64,000 nt of DNA, from NCBI GenBank assembly GCA_964602475.1, contig CAZRRN010000008.1, positions 2,908-66,907 on the forward strand, in the 5' to 3' direction. Of this stretch, positions 54,884 to 64,000 are shown in pieces (the first letter of the stretch is position 1; the number at the start of each line of letters is the position of its first letter). The notes under the pieces are model-generated. The model was not told where the DNA came from and searched no databases. It worked only from the letters and a program-made list of their open reading frames with translations. Position numbers and translations under genes: made by a program. This stretch comes from an uncultured Lachnospiraceae bacterium (GTDB lineage: Bacteria; Bacillota; Clostridia; Lachnospirales; Lachnospiraceae).

Positions 54884-56233
54884 ATGCAGGATAACAATCA
54901 GCAGTTTAAGAAAATGATCGAAACCCCAATTCCAAAGCTCGTTATTGCGCTTGGAATTCCGACTACTATCAGCATGCTTGTGACGAACATCTACAATATG
55001 GCAGATGCTTTTTTTGTGGGACATCTGGGAACCAGTGCAAGTGGTGCAACCGGAGTGGCGCTTGGGTATATGGCAATTCTCCAGGCGTTCGGATTTATGT
55101 TCGGTCAGGGTGCAGGCAGTTTGATTTCAAGAAAGCTTGGGCAGAAGGACACAAAATCGGCAGGGATTTATGCTTCCATCAGTTTTATTTCAGCGTTACT
55201 CACCGGCTGTGTGATTGCCGGTTTCAGTATGCTTTTTATTGACCAGCTGATTTTGGTACTTGGAAGTACAGACACCATTCTGATCTATGCAAAGGATTAT
55301 CTTTTCTATATTATTCTTGCTGCTCCGTTTATTATCAGCAGCTTTGTGATGAACAACATATTGCGTTTTGAAGGAAAAGCCTCGCTTGCAATGGTTGGTC
55401 TTGTCTCCGGTGCAGTTCTGAATATCCTTGCGGATCCGATTCTGATCTTTATCTTTGACATGGGGATTGCCGGAGCCGGTCTTGCAACGGCATTATCACA
55501 ATTCGTCAGTTTTTGTATTCTTCTCTGTATATTTCTGTGTGGAAAGACACAGAGTAAGCTGCAGTTCTCTTATATGAAACCAAACTTAAGCAGATTTTGG
55601 GAAATTGTCAGTACCGGTTTTCCAAGTATGCTACGGCAGGGACTAAACAGTATTTCCACCATGCTTCTTAACCGCTGCGCAGCTCCGTATGGAGATGCTG
55701 CAATAGCCGCTATGAGTATTGCAGGAAGGGTTAATTTCTTTTTCTTTGCAATCGGACTTGGAATGGGACAGGGCTTTCAGCCGGTCTGCGGATACAATTA
55801 CGGAGCGGGAAAATACAGCCGGGTTCGAAAAGCGTTTCGTTTTACCTTGATTCTTGCCGAGATTTCGCTTGGAGTACTTGGTACAGTTGGATTCCTCTTC
55901 GCTCCCATAATCGTAAGCTGGTTCCGTAACGATCCGGCAGTCATTGAAGTCGGAAAAAATGCACTTCGATTTATGTGTGTTGCGCTTTTATTTCAACCAC
56001 TCAATGTCATGAGTAATATGACCTTTCAAAGCTGCGGTCACAGGCTGAATGCTTCCATTACTTCGGTTCTGCGGAGTGGTCTTTACTTTATACCGGTATT
56101 ATTGATATTATCAGGGATATTTGGTGTACTCGGAATTGAAATGGCTCAGGCAGCAGCGGATATGCTGGCATTTGTCACAACGCTGCCAATGATATTGTGG
56201 TTCTTTCGCAAGATGCCGGAAGACAGAGAGTGA
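54884..56233 (+). CDS. MATE family efflux transporter
   Basis: 12-TM protein with a MATE N-terminal signature (PIPKLVIALGIPTTISMLVTNIYNMADAFFVGHLG). Confidence 0.9.
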   Translation: MQDNNQQFKKMIETPIPKLVIALGIPTTISMLVTNIYNMADAFFVGHLGTSASGATGVALGYMAILQAFGFMFGQGAGSLISRKLGQKDTKSAGIYASISFISALLTGCVIAGFSMLFIDQLILVLGSTDTILIYAKDYLFYIILAAPFIISSFVMNNILRFEGKASLAMVGLVSGAVLNILADPILIFIFDMGIAGAGLATALSQFVSFCILLCIFLCGKTQSKLQFSYMKPNLSRFWEIVSTGFPSMLRQGLNSISTMLLNRCAAPYGDAAIAAMSIAGRVNFFFFAIGLGMGQGFQPVCGYNYGAGKYSRVRKAFRFTLILAEISLGVLGTVGFLFAPIIVSWFRNDPAVIEVGKNALRFMCVALLFQPLNVMSNMTFQSCGHRLNASITSVLRSGLYFIPVLLILSGIFGVLGIEMAQAAADMLAFVTTLPMILWFFRKMPEDRE

Positions 56234-56272
56234 AAATAAGATAACAATGGCATTTCACAATGATATGGCTAT

Positions 56273-56322
56273 TAAAAGCACTTTTAAAGAGTGTTAAGGC
56301 ACTTTTTTTGAGTGCTTTTTTG
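56273..56322 (+). terminator. terminator candidate
   Basis: AAAAGCACT (56273-56281) or GCACT (56299-56303) can pair with AGTGCTTTT (56311-56319), and a T-run follows. Confidence 0.5.
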
Positions 56323-56335
56323 ATATAATAAGTGG

Positions 56336-56364
56336 TTGCAGAAACCGGATAGAATCGGTATAAT
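56336..56364 (+). promoter_or_regulatory. sigma-A promoter candidate for rmlD
   Basis: TTGCAG (56336-56341), 17-nt spacer, TATAAT (56359-56364). Confidence 0.5.
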
Positions 56365-56417
56365 TTATCTCTAAGGTTGTGAATCGGAGTCAAATATAAA
56401 TCCAGATGGAGGCGGGA

Positions 56418-57269
56418 ATGAAGATATTAGTTATAGGAGCCAGCGGGCAGTTGGGATATGATGTTGTAAAACAGCTTGAAGCGCTCGGGCATACTGTCAT
56501 CGGGACGAATAGTAAAGACATGGATATCACAAAGGAAGAGACGGTTAACAAATACATTACAGATTCCTGCGTAGATGCAGTGATTCACTGTGCAGCCTAT
56601 ACTGCCGTTGATGCAGCGGAGGATAATGAAGAAATCTGCCGGAGAGTGAATTCAAAGGGAACGGAGTATATTGCAAAGATCTGCGGCAAACTTAATATAC
56701 GTCTGCTTTATATCAGTACGGACTATGTCTTTAGCGGAGACGGAGATAAGCCTTGGAAAACGGACGATATACGAATGCCCGTGAATTTTTACGGACAGTC
56801 AAAATACGAGGGCGAGCTTGCAGTTGAGCACTTTGCACAGAAGTACTATATTGTACGGACATCCTGGGCATTTGGAATAAACGGAAATAATTTTATCAAT
56901 ACAATGCTCGAACTTGCCAAAAAAGGAAGCAGGGTTACTGTTGTAAACGATCAGATCGGTTCTCCGACCTATACAAAGGATTTGGCTGTGCTTCTTGCGG
57001 AAATGATAGTTAGTGATCGTTATGGCATATATCATGTGACAAATGAAGGAATCTGCAGCTGGTTTGAATTTGCATGTGAGATATTTCGACAAGCAGGCAG
57101 AAAAATGCAGGTTGTTCCAGTGAAAAGTGAAGCATACCCTTCTAGAGCAAGACGCCCGCTTAACAGCCGGATGGATAACAGTAAACTTGAAGAGAACGGA
57201 TTTCACAGGCTACCGGCATGGCAGGATGCACTTGGAAGATACCTGAAGGAAATATCGGAAGTACAGTAA
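56418..57269 (+). CDS. rfbD: dTDP-4-dehydrorhamnose reductase
   Basis: N-terminal Rossmann motif MKILVIGASGQLG, SDR catalytic YxxxK (YGQSKYEGE) and an RmlD-like length of ~283 aa. The start is ATG 56418. Confidence 0.9.
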   Translation: MKILVIGASGQLGYDVVKQLEALGHTVIGTNSKDMDITKEETVNKYITDSCVDAVIHCAAYTAVDAAEDNEEICRRVNSKGTEYIAKICGKLNIRLLYISTDYVFSGDGDKPWKTDDIRMPVNFYGQSKYEGELAVEHFAQKYYIVRTSWAFGINGNNFINTMLELAKKGSRVTVVNDQIGSPTYTKDLAVLLAEMIVSDRYGIYHVTNEGICSWFEFACEIFRQAGRKMQVVPVKSEAYPSRARRPLNSRMDNSKLEENGFHRLPAWQDALGRYLKEISEVQ

Positions 57270-57274
57270 GCATG

Positions 57275-57343
57275 AGAACTGACGCATTGAACACAGAAGA
57301 ACAGACGTATTGAATACAGGAGAACAGACGTATTGAATGCTGG
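57275..57343. repeat. 3 x 23-bp tandem direct repeat in the rmlD-rmlC intergenic region
   Basis: GAACTGACGCATTGAACACAGAA / GAACAGACGTATTGAATACAGGA / GAACAGACGTATTGAATGCTGGA. Confidence 0.85.
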
Positions 57344-57384
57344 AGCTCGAAAATACTGAAATATTACAGAAAGAGGAAGAGAAT

Positions 57385-57933
57385 ATGGGAAGAATCAAGG
57401 TTACCGGATGTGAGATTGAAGGTTTATGTGTTATTGAACCGGAAGTGAGAGGCGATGCCCGCGGTTACTTTACAGAGACTTATAATTACAGAGATATGGC
57501 GGCGGAAGGATTGGATATGAACTTTGTACAGGACAACCAGTCGATGTCGACAAAGGGAGTTCTTCGCGGGTTACATTTTCAGATTGAACACCCGCAGGGA
57601 AAGCTTGTCAGAGTTATACGGGGAAGCGTTTTTGATGCAGCTGTCGATTTGCGCGCCGGCTCTGCAACATACGGGAAGTGGTTTGGAGTTGAACTCTCAG
57701 AATTAAATAAAAAGCAGTTTTATGTTCCGAAGGGCTTTGCACACGGATTCCTTGTACTGTCAGATGTTGCGGAATTCTGCTATAAGTGTACGGACTATTA
57801 TCATCCGGGAGACGAAGGCGGAATTATGTGGAACGACCCGGCGATTAACGTACAGTGGCCTCTCGACGCAGGGCAGCAGCCTATCTTAAGCGACAGGGAT
57901 CAACGATGGCCGGGGTTCAAGCTCAATATCTGA
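57385..57933 (+). CDS. rfbC: dTDP-4-dehydrorhamnose 3,5-epimerase
   Basis: RmlC cupin motifs: GDARGYFTETY, GVLRGLHFQ, KLVRVIRGSVFDAAVDLR, GFAHGF. The start is ATG 57385 (MGRIKV), downstream of GAGGAAGAG. Confidence 0.9.
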   Translation: MGRIKVTGCEIEGLCVIEPEVRGDARGYFTETYNYRDMAAEGLDMNFVQDNQSMSTKGVLRGLHFQIEHPQGKLVRVIRGSVFDAAVDLRAGSATYGKWFGVELSELNKKQFYVPKGFAHGFLVLSDVAEFCYKCTDYYHPGDEGGIMWNDPAINVQWPLDAGQQPILSDRDQRWPGFKLNI

Positions 57934-58052
57934 TTATATCATTAAGTGCTTAATATCGAAAATGTATCAGTCTGACGCATTAGAAGAATAAAAGAACAAC
58001 AATTAAGGACAACAATAAAACAACAGTGTAAGAACAACAACGATAAATAACC

Positions 58053-58095
58053 AAAAAAGAACAGTGCTTTGGATTACAAGCACTGTTCTTTTTTA
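58053..58095. terminator. bidirectional terminator between rmlC and nifJ
   Basis: 11-bp stem GAACAGTGCTT/AAGCACTGTTC with an 8-nt loop. It is flanked by A6 on the left and T6 on the right. Confidence 0.85.
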
Positions 58096-58115
58096 TAGAG
58101 TCATGTGTGAATGAA

Positions 58116-61100
58116 TTACTCAGCCAGCTTAACGAGCTTCTGATACTTGTCAGCGGCATCCTTTGCTGCTTTGTCAAACAGCATCTTCGCACGTTCCGGA
58201 TTGGTTCTTGAAAGACGATTGTAACGAACCTCGCTCTGAATGAATTCCTGATAATCTGCAGTCGGAGCCTTGGAATCCAACTGGAACGGATTCTGACCTT
58301 CCGCAGTGCGTCTCGGATCGAAACGGAACAGGTGCCAGTAACCCGCGGTTACTGCGCGCTTTTCTTCAGTCTGAGCCATGCTCATACCACCCTTGATTCC
58401 GTGGTTGATACAAGGTGCATAAGCAATAACAAGGGAAGGACCCGGATAGCTTTCTGCTTCTACAAGAGCCTTAACACATTGGTTATAATCAGCACCCTGT
58501 GCAATCTGCGCAACGTATACATAACCATAGCTCATAGCAATTCCTGCAAGATCCTTCTTCTTAACTTCCTTACCAGCAGCTGCAAACTGTGCGATTGCAC
58601 CGGTAGGTGTTGCTTTGGAGGACTGACCGCCGGTATTCGAGTAAACCTCGGTATCAAATACAAGTACATTAACATCCTGTGCACTTGCTAGGACATGGTC
58701 AACACCACCAAAACCGATATCATATGCCCAGCCGTCACCACCGAAGATCCACTGTGATTTCTTGCTGAGGTAATCCTGGTTGTCCAGAATATTCTGTCTG
58801 TCAGCATTGTCGCAGCCACATGCCTTCAAAGCTGCAAGCAGCTTTTTGGAAGCCGGAGCGTTGAGTGTTGAGGAATCCTTGGTAGCAAGGAAGTCTGCAA
58901 TTGCTGATTTCACATCATCCTTCTCGGCAACTTCTGCAAGAGCTTCAACGGAGGAGATCAGACGTCCTCTCAGTGCTCTGGTTGCAAGATTCATACCGAA
59001 GCCGAACTCTGCATTGTCTTCAAATAAAGAGTTTGCCCAAGCCGGACCTTTGCCCTCTTTGTTCACCGTGTAAGGTGTAGAAGGAGAGGAACCGCCCCAG
59101 ATTGAGGAACATCCGGTTGCATTAGCAATGAACATGCGGTCACCGAACAGCTGGGTAACAAGCTTTGCATAAGGAGTCTCGCCGCAGCCTGCGCATGCGC
59201 CGGAGAACTCAAGCAACGGCTGCTTGAACTGACTTCCCTTCGGGGTGATTTCTTTGAATTTTTCAAGAACCTCGGCAGGAGTTTCAAGCGAAACACCGTA
59301 ATCAAACAGTTTCTGAGCATCCAGAGTATCTTCCAGAGACTTCATGGAAAGAGCCTTGGTACCCTTAACCTCAGGACATACATTAACACAGGAACCGCAT
59401 CCGGTACAGTCAAGTACAGAAATGCTGACTGCAAATTTCTTGCCTTCTACACCCTTCATGTCTATTACAGTTCCGGGAGCCTTTGCTGCAGCTGCAGCGT
59501 CCATGGCAACCGGACGAATACATGCATGAGGACATACGAAGGAGCAGAGATTACACTGCAGGCAGGCATCGGGATTCCATGTCGGAACATCGATTGCTAC
59601 GCCACGCTTCTCATAAGCAGCGGTGCCAAGCGGAACAGTACCGTCTGCGTGATCAAGAAATGCAGAAACAGGAAGTGCATTGCCGTCCTGCATGTTGATG
59701 GAATTCTGGATTCCGTTGACATACTTAAGAACGTCTTTGGTTCCTTCGGTAAATTTAGTTGTAAGAACTTCATCTGTTGCATTAGCCCAGGAAGCAGGAA
59801 TCTTGATTTCGGTAATACCGTCGATTCCGCGGTCGATTGCGGTGTGGTTCATCTTTACGACATCATCGCCCTTCTTGGAATAAGAAGCGGTTGCAGCAGC
59901 TTTCATGTAACCGACTGCTTCTTCTGTCGGGATGATGTTGGCAAGCTTAAAGAAAGCAGCCTGAAGAATTGTATTAATACGTCCGCCCAAACCAACTTCC
60001 TTACCAATCTTTATGCCATCGATGGTGTAGAACTTAATATTGTGCTCAGCCATATAACGCTTAACCTGACCGGGAAGATGCTTCTCAATCTCATCCATAT
60101 CCCAGCTGCAGTTCAAAAGGAAGCTTCCGCCGTCCTTCAAATCCTGAACCATATTGTACTTGCGGATATATGCAGGCATGTGGCAGGCAACGAAATCAGC
60201 TTTATTAATCAGATAAGTCGACTTAATCGGCTTCTTTCCGAAACGAAGATGTGAAATAGTAACACCGCCGGATTTTTTGGAGTCATAATCAAAGTATGCC
60301 TGTGCATACATATCGGTATGGTCACCAATGATCTTGATGGAGTTCTTGTTCGCGCCTACAGTACCGTCAGCACCAAGTCCCCAGAATTTACAGGAAGTGG
60401 TTCCTTCCGGAGAAGTAACCGGGTTCTCGGTACGTGCGAGTGACATATTGGTTACATCATCTACGATGCCGATGGTAAAATGTTTCTTCTCAGAATTGTT
60501 GTATACTGCAATGATGTCAGCAGGAACGGTATCCTTGGAACCAAGACCGTAACGTCCGCTGAATACAGGAATGTTGGTGAACTTGGAATCCTTGAGTGCT
60601 GCAACAACATCAAGATACAGAGGCTCGCCGAGTGCACCGGGCTCTTTCGTTCTGTCAAGAACGGAAATCTGCTTAACACTTGCAGGAAGAGCATCGATTA
60701 AATGCTTTGCGGAGAAAGGACGATACAGACGAACCTTAACAACACCGTATTTTCCACCCTTTGCATTGAGGTAGTCAATGGTCTCTTCAATGGTATCACA
60801 TACGGAACCCATTGCGATAATTACATGCTCGGCATCTGCTGCACCGTAGTAGTTGAAAAGCTTATAATCGGTACCGATTTTTGCATTGACCTTGTCCATA
60901 TAGGACTGAGCAAGCTCGGGAACAGCATCATAGTAGCCATTTGAAGCTTCTCTTGCCTGGAAGAATACATCCGGGTTCTGAGCAGTACCACGTTGTACCG
61001 GATGCTCCGGATTCAGTGCTCTTGCGCGGAATTCTTTTATTGCGTTCATGTCGACCATTTCTGCAAGGTCAGCATAATCCCAGATCTGAATCTTCTGGAT

Positions 61101-61637
61101 TTCGTGTGAAGTACGGAAACCGTCAAAGAAATGCATAAACGGTACACGACCTTCGATTGCAGTCAGATGAGCAACTGCACCAAGATCCATGGTCTCCTGT
61201 ACGTTACCGGAACAAAGCATTGCAAATCCGGTCTGACGGCAGGCATAGATATCGGAATGATCTCCGAAAATGGAAAGTGCATGGCTTGCAACTGCACGAG
61301 CGGTAACATTGATTACGCCCGGAAGAAGTTCACCTGCAATCTTGTACATATTCGGAATCATCAGTAACAGACCCTGAGAAGCAGTATAGGTTGCACCAAG
61401 TGCACCGGCTTGCAGAGCACCGTGTAAAGCACCTGCTGCACCGCCCTCAGACTGCATCTCGGACAGAACTACTTCATGCCCGAAGATATTCTTTCTTCCT
61501 TCGGTAGCCCAGGTATCAGTGTAATCAGCCATCGGCGAGGAAGGGGTGATGGGGTAAATCGCAGCAACATCAGTAAACGCATATGACACGTGTGCTGCAG
61601 CGGTATTACCGTCCATGGTTTTCATTTTTCTTGCCAT
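58116..61637 (-). CDS. nifJ: pyruvate:ferredoxin (flavodoxin) oxidoreductase
   Basis: 1173-aa single-chain PFOR with N-terminus MDGNTAAAHVSYAFTDVAAIYPITPSS, a two-[4Fe-4S] ferredoxin domain (CLQCNLCSFVCPHA...CTGCGSCVNVCP) and a TPP-binding GGDGW block. Confidence 0.95.
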   Translation of the reverse strand: MARKMKTMDGNTAAAHVSYAFTDVAAIYPITPSSPMADYTDTWATEGRKNIFGHEVVLSEMQSEGGAAGALHGALQAGALGATYTASQGLLLMIPNMYKIAGELLPGVINVTARAVASHALSIFGDHSDIYACRQTGFAMLCSGNVQETMDLGAVAHLTAIEGRVPFMHFFDGFRTSHEIQKIQIWDYADLAEMVDMNAIKEFRARALNPEHPVQRGTAQNPDVFFQAREASNGYYDAVPELAQSYMDKVNAKIGTDYKLFNYYGAADAEHVIIAMGSVCDTIEETIDYLNAKGGKYGVVKVRLYRPFSAKHLIDALPASVKQISVLDRTKEPGALGEPLYLDVVAALKDSKFTNIPVFSGRYGLGSKDTVPADIIAVYNNSEKKHFTIGIVDDVTNMSLARTENPVTSPEGTTSCKFWGLGADGTVGANKNSIKIIGDHTDMYAQAYFDYDSKKSGGVTISHLRFGKKPIKSTYLINKADFVACHMPAYIRKYNMVQDLKDGGSFLLNCSWDMDEIEKHLPGQVKRYMAEHNIKFYTIDGIKIGKEVGLGGRINTILQAAFFKLANIIPTEEAVGYMKAAATASYSKKGDDVVKMNHTAIDRGIDGITEIKIPASWANATDEVLTTKFTEGTKDVLKYVNGIQNSINMQDGNALPVSAFLDHADGTVPLGTAAYEKRGVAIDVPTWNPDACLQCNLCSFVCPHACIRPVAMDAAAAAKAPGTVIDMKGVEGKKFAVSISVLDCTGCGSCVNVCPEVKGTKALSMKSLEDTLDAQKLFDYGVSLETPAEVLEKFKEITPKGSQFKQPLLEFSGACAGCGETPYAKLVTQLFGDRMFIANATGCSSIWGGSSPSTPYTVNKEGKGPAWANSLFEDNAEFGFGMNLATRALRGRLISSVEALAEVAEKDDVKSAIADFLATKDSSTLNAPASKKLLAALKACGCDNADRQNILDNQDYLSKKSQWIFGGDGWAYDIGFGGVDHVLASAQDVNVLVFDTEVYSNTGGQSSKATPTGAIAQFAAAGKEVKKKDLAGIAMSYGYVYVAQIAQGADYNQCVKALVEAESYPGPSLVIAYAPCINHGIKGGMSMAQTEEKRAVTAGYWHLFRFDPRRTAEGQNPFQLDSKAPTADYQEFIQSEVRYNRLSRTNPERAKMLFDKAAKDAADKYQKLVKLAE

Positions 61638-61821
61638 GATATATATCCTCCTTATATGATATGAAAGGTTAGAAAATCATCCGGATTACCGGACTTCTAA
61701 AGATCGGCGGCACAAATATACATAACAGGCATACGAAATAAACTGTCCGCCGGACTAGAGTATAGATTAACACGATTCCACTGATTAGTAAAGAGTTTTT
61801 ACAAAATGTACAAAATTTCAT

Positions 61822-61850
61822 ATTATAAATAGAAGAGTACCGATTGACAA
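61822..61850 (-). promoter_or_regulatory. sigma-A promoter candidate for nifJ (minus strand)
   Basis: Read on the minus strand: TTGTCA (61850-61845), 17-nt spacer, TATAAT (61827-61822). This implies a 5' UTR of roughly 180 nt. Confidence 0.45.
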
Positions 61851-61872
61851 TGAGAAAGTGATAGGCTATAAT
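61844..61872 (+). promoter_or_regulatory. sigma-A promoter candidate for greA
   Basis: TTGACA (61844-61849), 17-nt spacer, TATAAT (61867-61872). Confidence 0.55.
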
Positions 61873-61939
61873 GTCACAAGCAAAGTTTACGCTTAAGATT
61901 TGTATGATATTTTAAGAAGGTAAGGAAGGGTTTAAAAAG

Positions 61940-62425
61940 ATGGCTGAGACAAAAAAGAACATTTTAACGTATGCGGGGTTGAAACAGCTGGAGGATGAAA
62001 TACAGGATCTGAAGGTAAACAAACGTAAGGAAGTTGCGCAGAAAATTAAAGAAGCGCGTGAGCAGGGCGATCTTTCCGAGAACGCCGAATATGATGCAGC
62101 AAAGGATGAACAGCGTGAGATAGAGTTGCGAATCGAGGAAATCGACAAAATTCTCAAGAATGCGGAGGTTGTTGTTGAGGATGAGGTAGCTGTTGATACA
62201 ATCAGTGTTGGCTGTGTTGTAAAGATCTTTGACAAGGAATACAAGGAAGAGCTGACTTATCAGATTGTCGGTGCAACCGAAGCGAACGCATTGAAGAATA
62301 AAATTTCCAATGAATCACCGGTCGGCCGAGCACTGCTTGGCTGCAAGAAGGGCGATACTGTCGAGGTTGAAACTCCGGCCGGAACAATGAAATACAAAAT
62401 TCTGCAGATTGATAAAATAAGCTGA
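61940..62425 (+). CDS. greA: transcription elongation factor GreA
   Basis: N-terminal coiled-coil with the acidic tip (EAREQGDLSENAEYDAAKDEQ), a C-terminal globular domain and a length of ~161 aa. Confidence 0.95.
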   Translation: MAETKKNILTYAGLKQLEDEIQDLKVNKRKEVAQKIKEAREQGDLSENAEYDAAKDEQREIELRIEEIDKILKNAEVVVEDEVAVDTISVGCVVKIFDKEYKEELTYQIVGATEANALKNKISNESPVGRALLGCKKGDTVEVETPAGTMKYKILQIDKIS

Positions 62426-62542
62426 TAAATCAACTACGGATTATCATATAGGTTTATCCGCGTTTACAGACAGAAGGATGTATCTTAAGAAATCAGAAAA
62501 ACAGACAGAGCAGGCGGTGCCTGCCCGGGAGGAGAAGAGCAA

Positions 62543-64000
62543 GTGGACGAGAACAAGGAAAAAGTACAGAATGCACAGGCAGAGAATGCACAAAAAGAGC
62601 AGACCCAGGAAGAGATCGGTGCGTTGATTAAGGTAAAACGTCAGAAGCTTGCAGACCTTCAGGAAGCGGGAAAAGATCCGTTTGTTGTGATGAAATACGA
62701 TGTCACACACCACTCCGAAGAAATAAAATCCGGATTCGATGCTCTTAACGGTACGGAAGTATCAGTTGCCGGACGTCTGATGAGCAAACGTATCATGGGA
62801 AAAGCATCGTTTGCCAATATTCAGGATAAGCTTGGAAAAATTCAGAGCTATGTAAAACGGGATGATGTTGGCGAGGAATCCTATGCAGATTTCAAAAAGT
62901 ATGATATCGGAGATATTGTCGGAATCCGTGGAATTGTGTTCATGACTCAGACAGGTGAGATTTCCATTCATGCAAATGAAGTTAAGCTTCTTTCAAAGTG
63001 CCTTCAGGTACTTCCGGAGAAGTTTCATGGACTGACAGATACTGATGTAAGATACCGTCAGCGATATATTGATCTGATGATGAATCCTGAGGTGAAGGAT
63101 ACATTTATCAAGCGTTCTGCAATCCTACGGGAAATCCGTAATTATCTTGACGGAAATGATTTCATGGAGGTAGAAACTCCTGTTCTTGTTCCAAATGCAG
63201 GCGGTGCTGCAGCGCGTCCGTTTATTACACATCATAATACTCTGGACGAGGATTTCTTCCTGCGAATTTCGCTGGAACTTTACTTAAAGCGACTGATTGT
63301 CGGTGGTCTGGAACGTGTCTATGAAATCGGAAGAGTATTTCGCAATGAAGGCATCGATACCCGCCACAATCCGGAGTTTACGCTTCTTGAACTTTATCAG
63401 GCATATACTGATTATTACGGAATGATGGATCTCGTAGAAGAAATGTTCCGTACCGTTGCCCAAAAGGTTAACGGAACAACGAAAATCAGCTACGAAGGGA
63501 TTGAAATGGATCTTGCAAAGCCATTTGAGCGTCTGACTATGGTGGACGCAATCAAGAAGTATGCAGGCGTTGATTTCAATACCATTGAGACTGTGGAAGA
63601 AGCAAAGAAGCTGGCAAAGGAGCACCATATAGAATTTGAAGAGCGACATAAATGGGGAGACATTGTCAATCTGTTCTTCGAAACATACTGCGAAGAGCAT
63701 CTTGACCAACCGGTATTTATCATGGATCATCCAACAGATATTTCTCCGTTGACCAAAAAGAAACCATCCAATCCGAAGTTTGTTGAACGGTTTGAACTCT
63801 TCATTACCCGCCGCGAAATGGCAAACGCATATTCCGAGCTGAACGATCCGATCGACCAGCGTGAACGTTTCAAAGCTCAGGATGCGGCAGCAGCAGCCGG
63901 AGACGAAGAAGCCAACCACACAGATGAGGATTTCCTCTGCGCACTTGAATACGGTATGGCACCGACCGGCGGTATCGGTATCGGAATCGACCGTCTGGTT
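62543..64000 (+). CDS. lysS: lysine--tRNA ligase (class II), 3'-partial
   Basis: This ORF is absent from the ORF track because it has no stop codon within the window. My own translation gives VAGRLMSKRIMGKASFANIQD (OB fold), motif 2 FRNEGIDTRHNPEFT and motif 3 region GGIGIGIDRLV. The start is GTG 62543, 8 nt after GGGAGGAG, and it is the first start codon after the in-frame stop at 62486. Confidence 0.9.
   Translation, partial: MDENKEKVQNAQAENAQKEQTQEEIGALIKVKRQKLADLQEAGKDPFVVMKYDVTHHSEEIKSGFDALNGTEVSVAGRLMSKRIMGKASFANIQDKLGKIQSYVKRDDVGEESYADFKKYDIGDIVGIRGIVFMTQTGEISIHANEVKLLSKCLQVLPEKFHGLTDTDVRYRQRYIDLMMNPEVKDTFIKRSAILREIRNYLDGNDFMEVETPVLVPNAGGAAARPFITHHNTLDEDFFLRISLELYLKRLIVGGLERVYEIGRVFRNEGIDTRHNPEFTLLELYQAYTDYYGMMDLVEEMFRTVAQKVNGTTKISYEGIEMDLAKPFERLTMVDAIKKYAGVDFNTIETVEEAKKLAKEHHIEFEERHKWGDIVNLFFETYCEEHLDQPVFIMDHPTDISPLTKKKPSNPKFVERFELFITRREMANAYSELNDPIDQRERFKAQDAAAAAGDEEANHTDEDFLCALEYGMAPTGGIGIGIDRLV

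Noticed and set aside
57934-58052. An AACAA-rich stretch after rmlC, containing ORF 57980-58192 (-).
   Set aside because: It is simple A/C-rich low-complexity sequence without regular periodicity. The ORF runs through the bidirectional terminator and into nifJ's 3' end. I judged it not to be a feature.
62478-62636. A ~52-codon ATG ORF (MYLKKSEKQTEQ...) overlapping the lysS start region in another frame.
   Set aside because: Its product is highly basic and low-complexity. It overlaps the lysS RBS and N-terminus, whose own frame gives a canonical LysS N-terminal helix. There is no independent support for it.

Overview
The window looks like a chromosomal segment from a Firmicutes/Clostridia-type anaerobe. 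That placement is an inference from gene content: PFOR, a [FeFe]-hydrogenase-like protein, meso-DAP dehydrogenase, LplABC-type sugar transporter genes, AGGAGG-type RBSs and TTGACA-N17-TATAAT promoters. Nearly all genes are on the + strand. I saw no rRNA, tRNA, CRISPR array, transposase, integrase or obvious phage or defence genes.

Content in order:
- Glycan degradation: a GH29 fucosidase (5'-partial) and a GH2 beta-galactosidase.
- A DHH phosphoesterase, plsC, a small membrane protein and clpB.
- A PadR-DUF2812-CPBP protease operon preceded by a striking 17-bp-phased palindrome array.
- rsgA with a long leader and a repeat-bearing N-terminus, then a TetR regulator.
- A complete multi-step phosphorelay wired to c-di-GMP turnover: REC-GGDEF*-EAL-REC-GGDEF, a stand-alone Hpt and a hybrid kinase with two SBP domains.
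- A large secreted SGNH esterase plus a related lipoprotein.
- ddh, rarA, a Fpg/Nei-like protein lacking the N-terminal Pro, and a TIM-barrel (AP_endonuc_2-type) protein.
- An ArsR/HMA/P1B-ATPase metal efflux operon and an FGGY kinase.
- An unorthodox hybrid kinase with a degenerate GGDEF input, followed by a DUF2339-like giant membrane protein.
- A CofE-like ligase and a putative sensory [FeFe]-hydrogenase fused to an MCP signalling domain.
- A sugar ABC transporter, two MATE pumps, proS and an LtaS-family enzyme with an acidic tandem-repeat stalk.
- A GH5 lipoprotein, rmlD/rmlC, nifJ (PFOR), greA and lysS (3'-partial).

The most interesting signals are these:
- the hydrogenase-MCP fusion;
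- the c-di-GMP phosphorelay;
- the GACATATGTC palindrome array, which has one extra copy upstream of that phosphorelay;
- a 33-nt near-identical element placed 8 nt before an ATG at two unrelated membrane-protein genes;
- a helically phased AGATTCAAA repeat in a 3' UTR.

All motif coordinates were counted by hand and may be off by 1-2 nt. Protein calls rest on recognised motifs, not on database searches.
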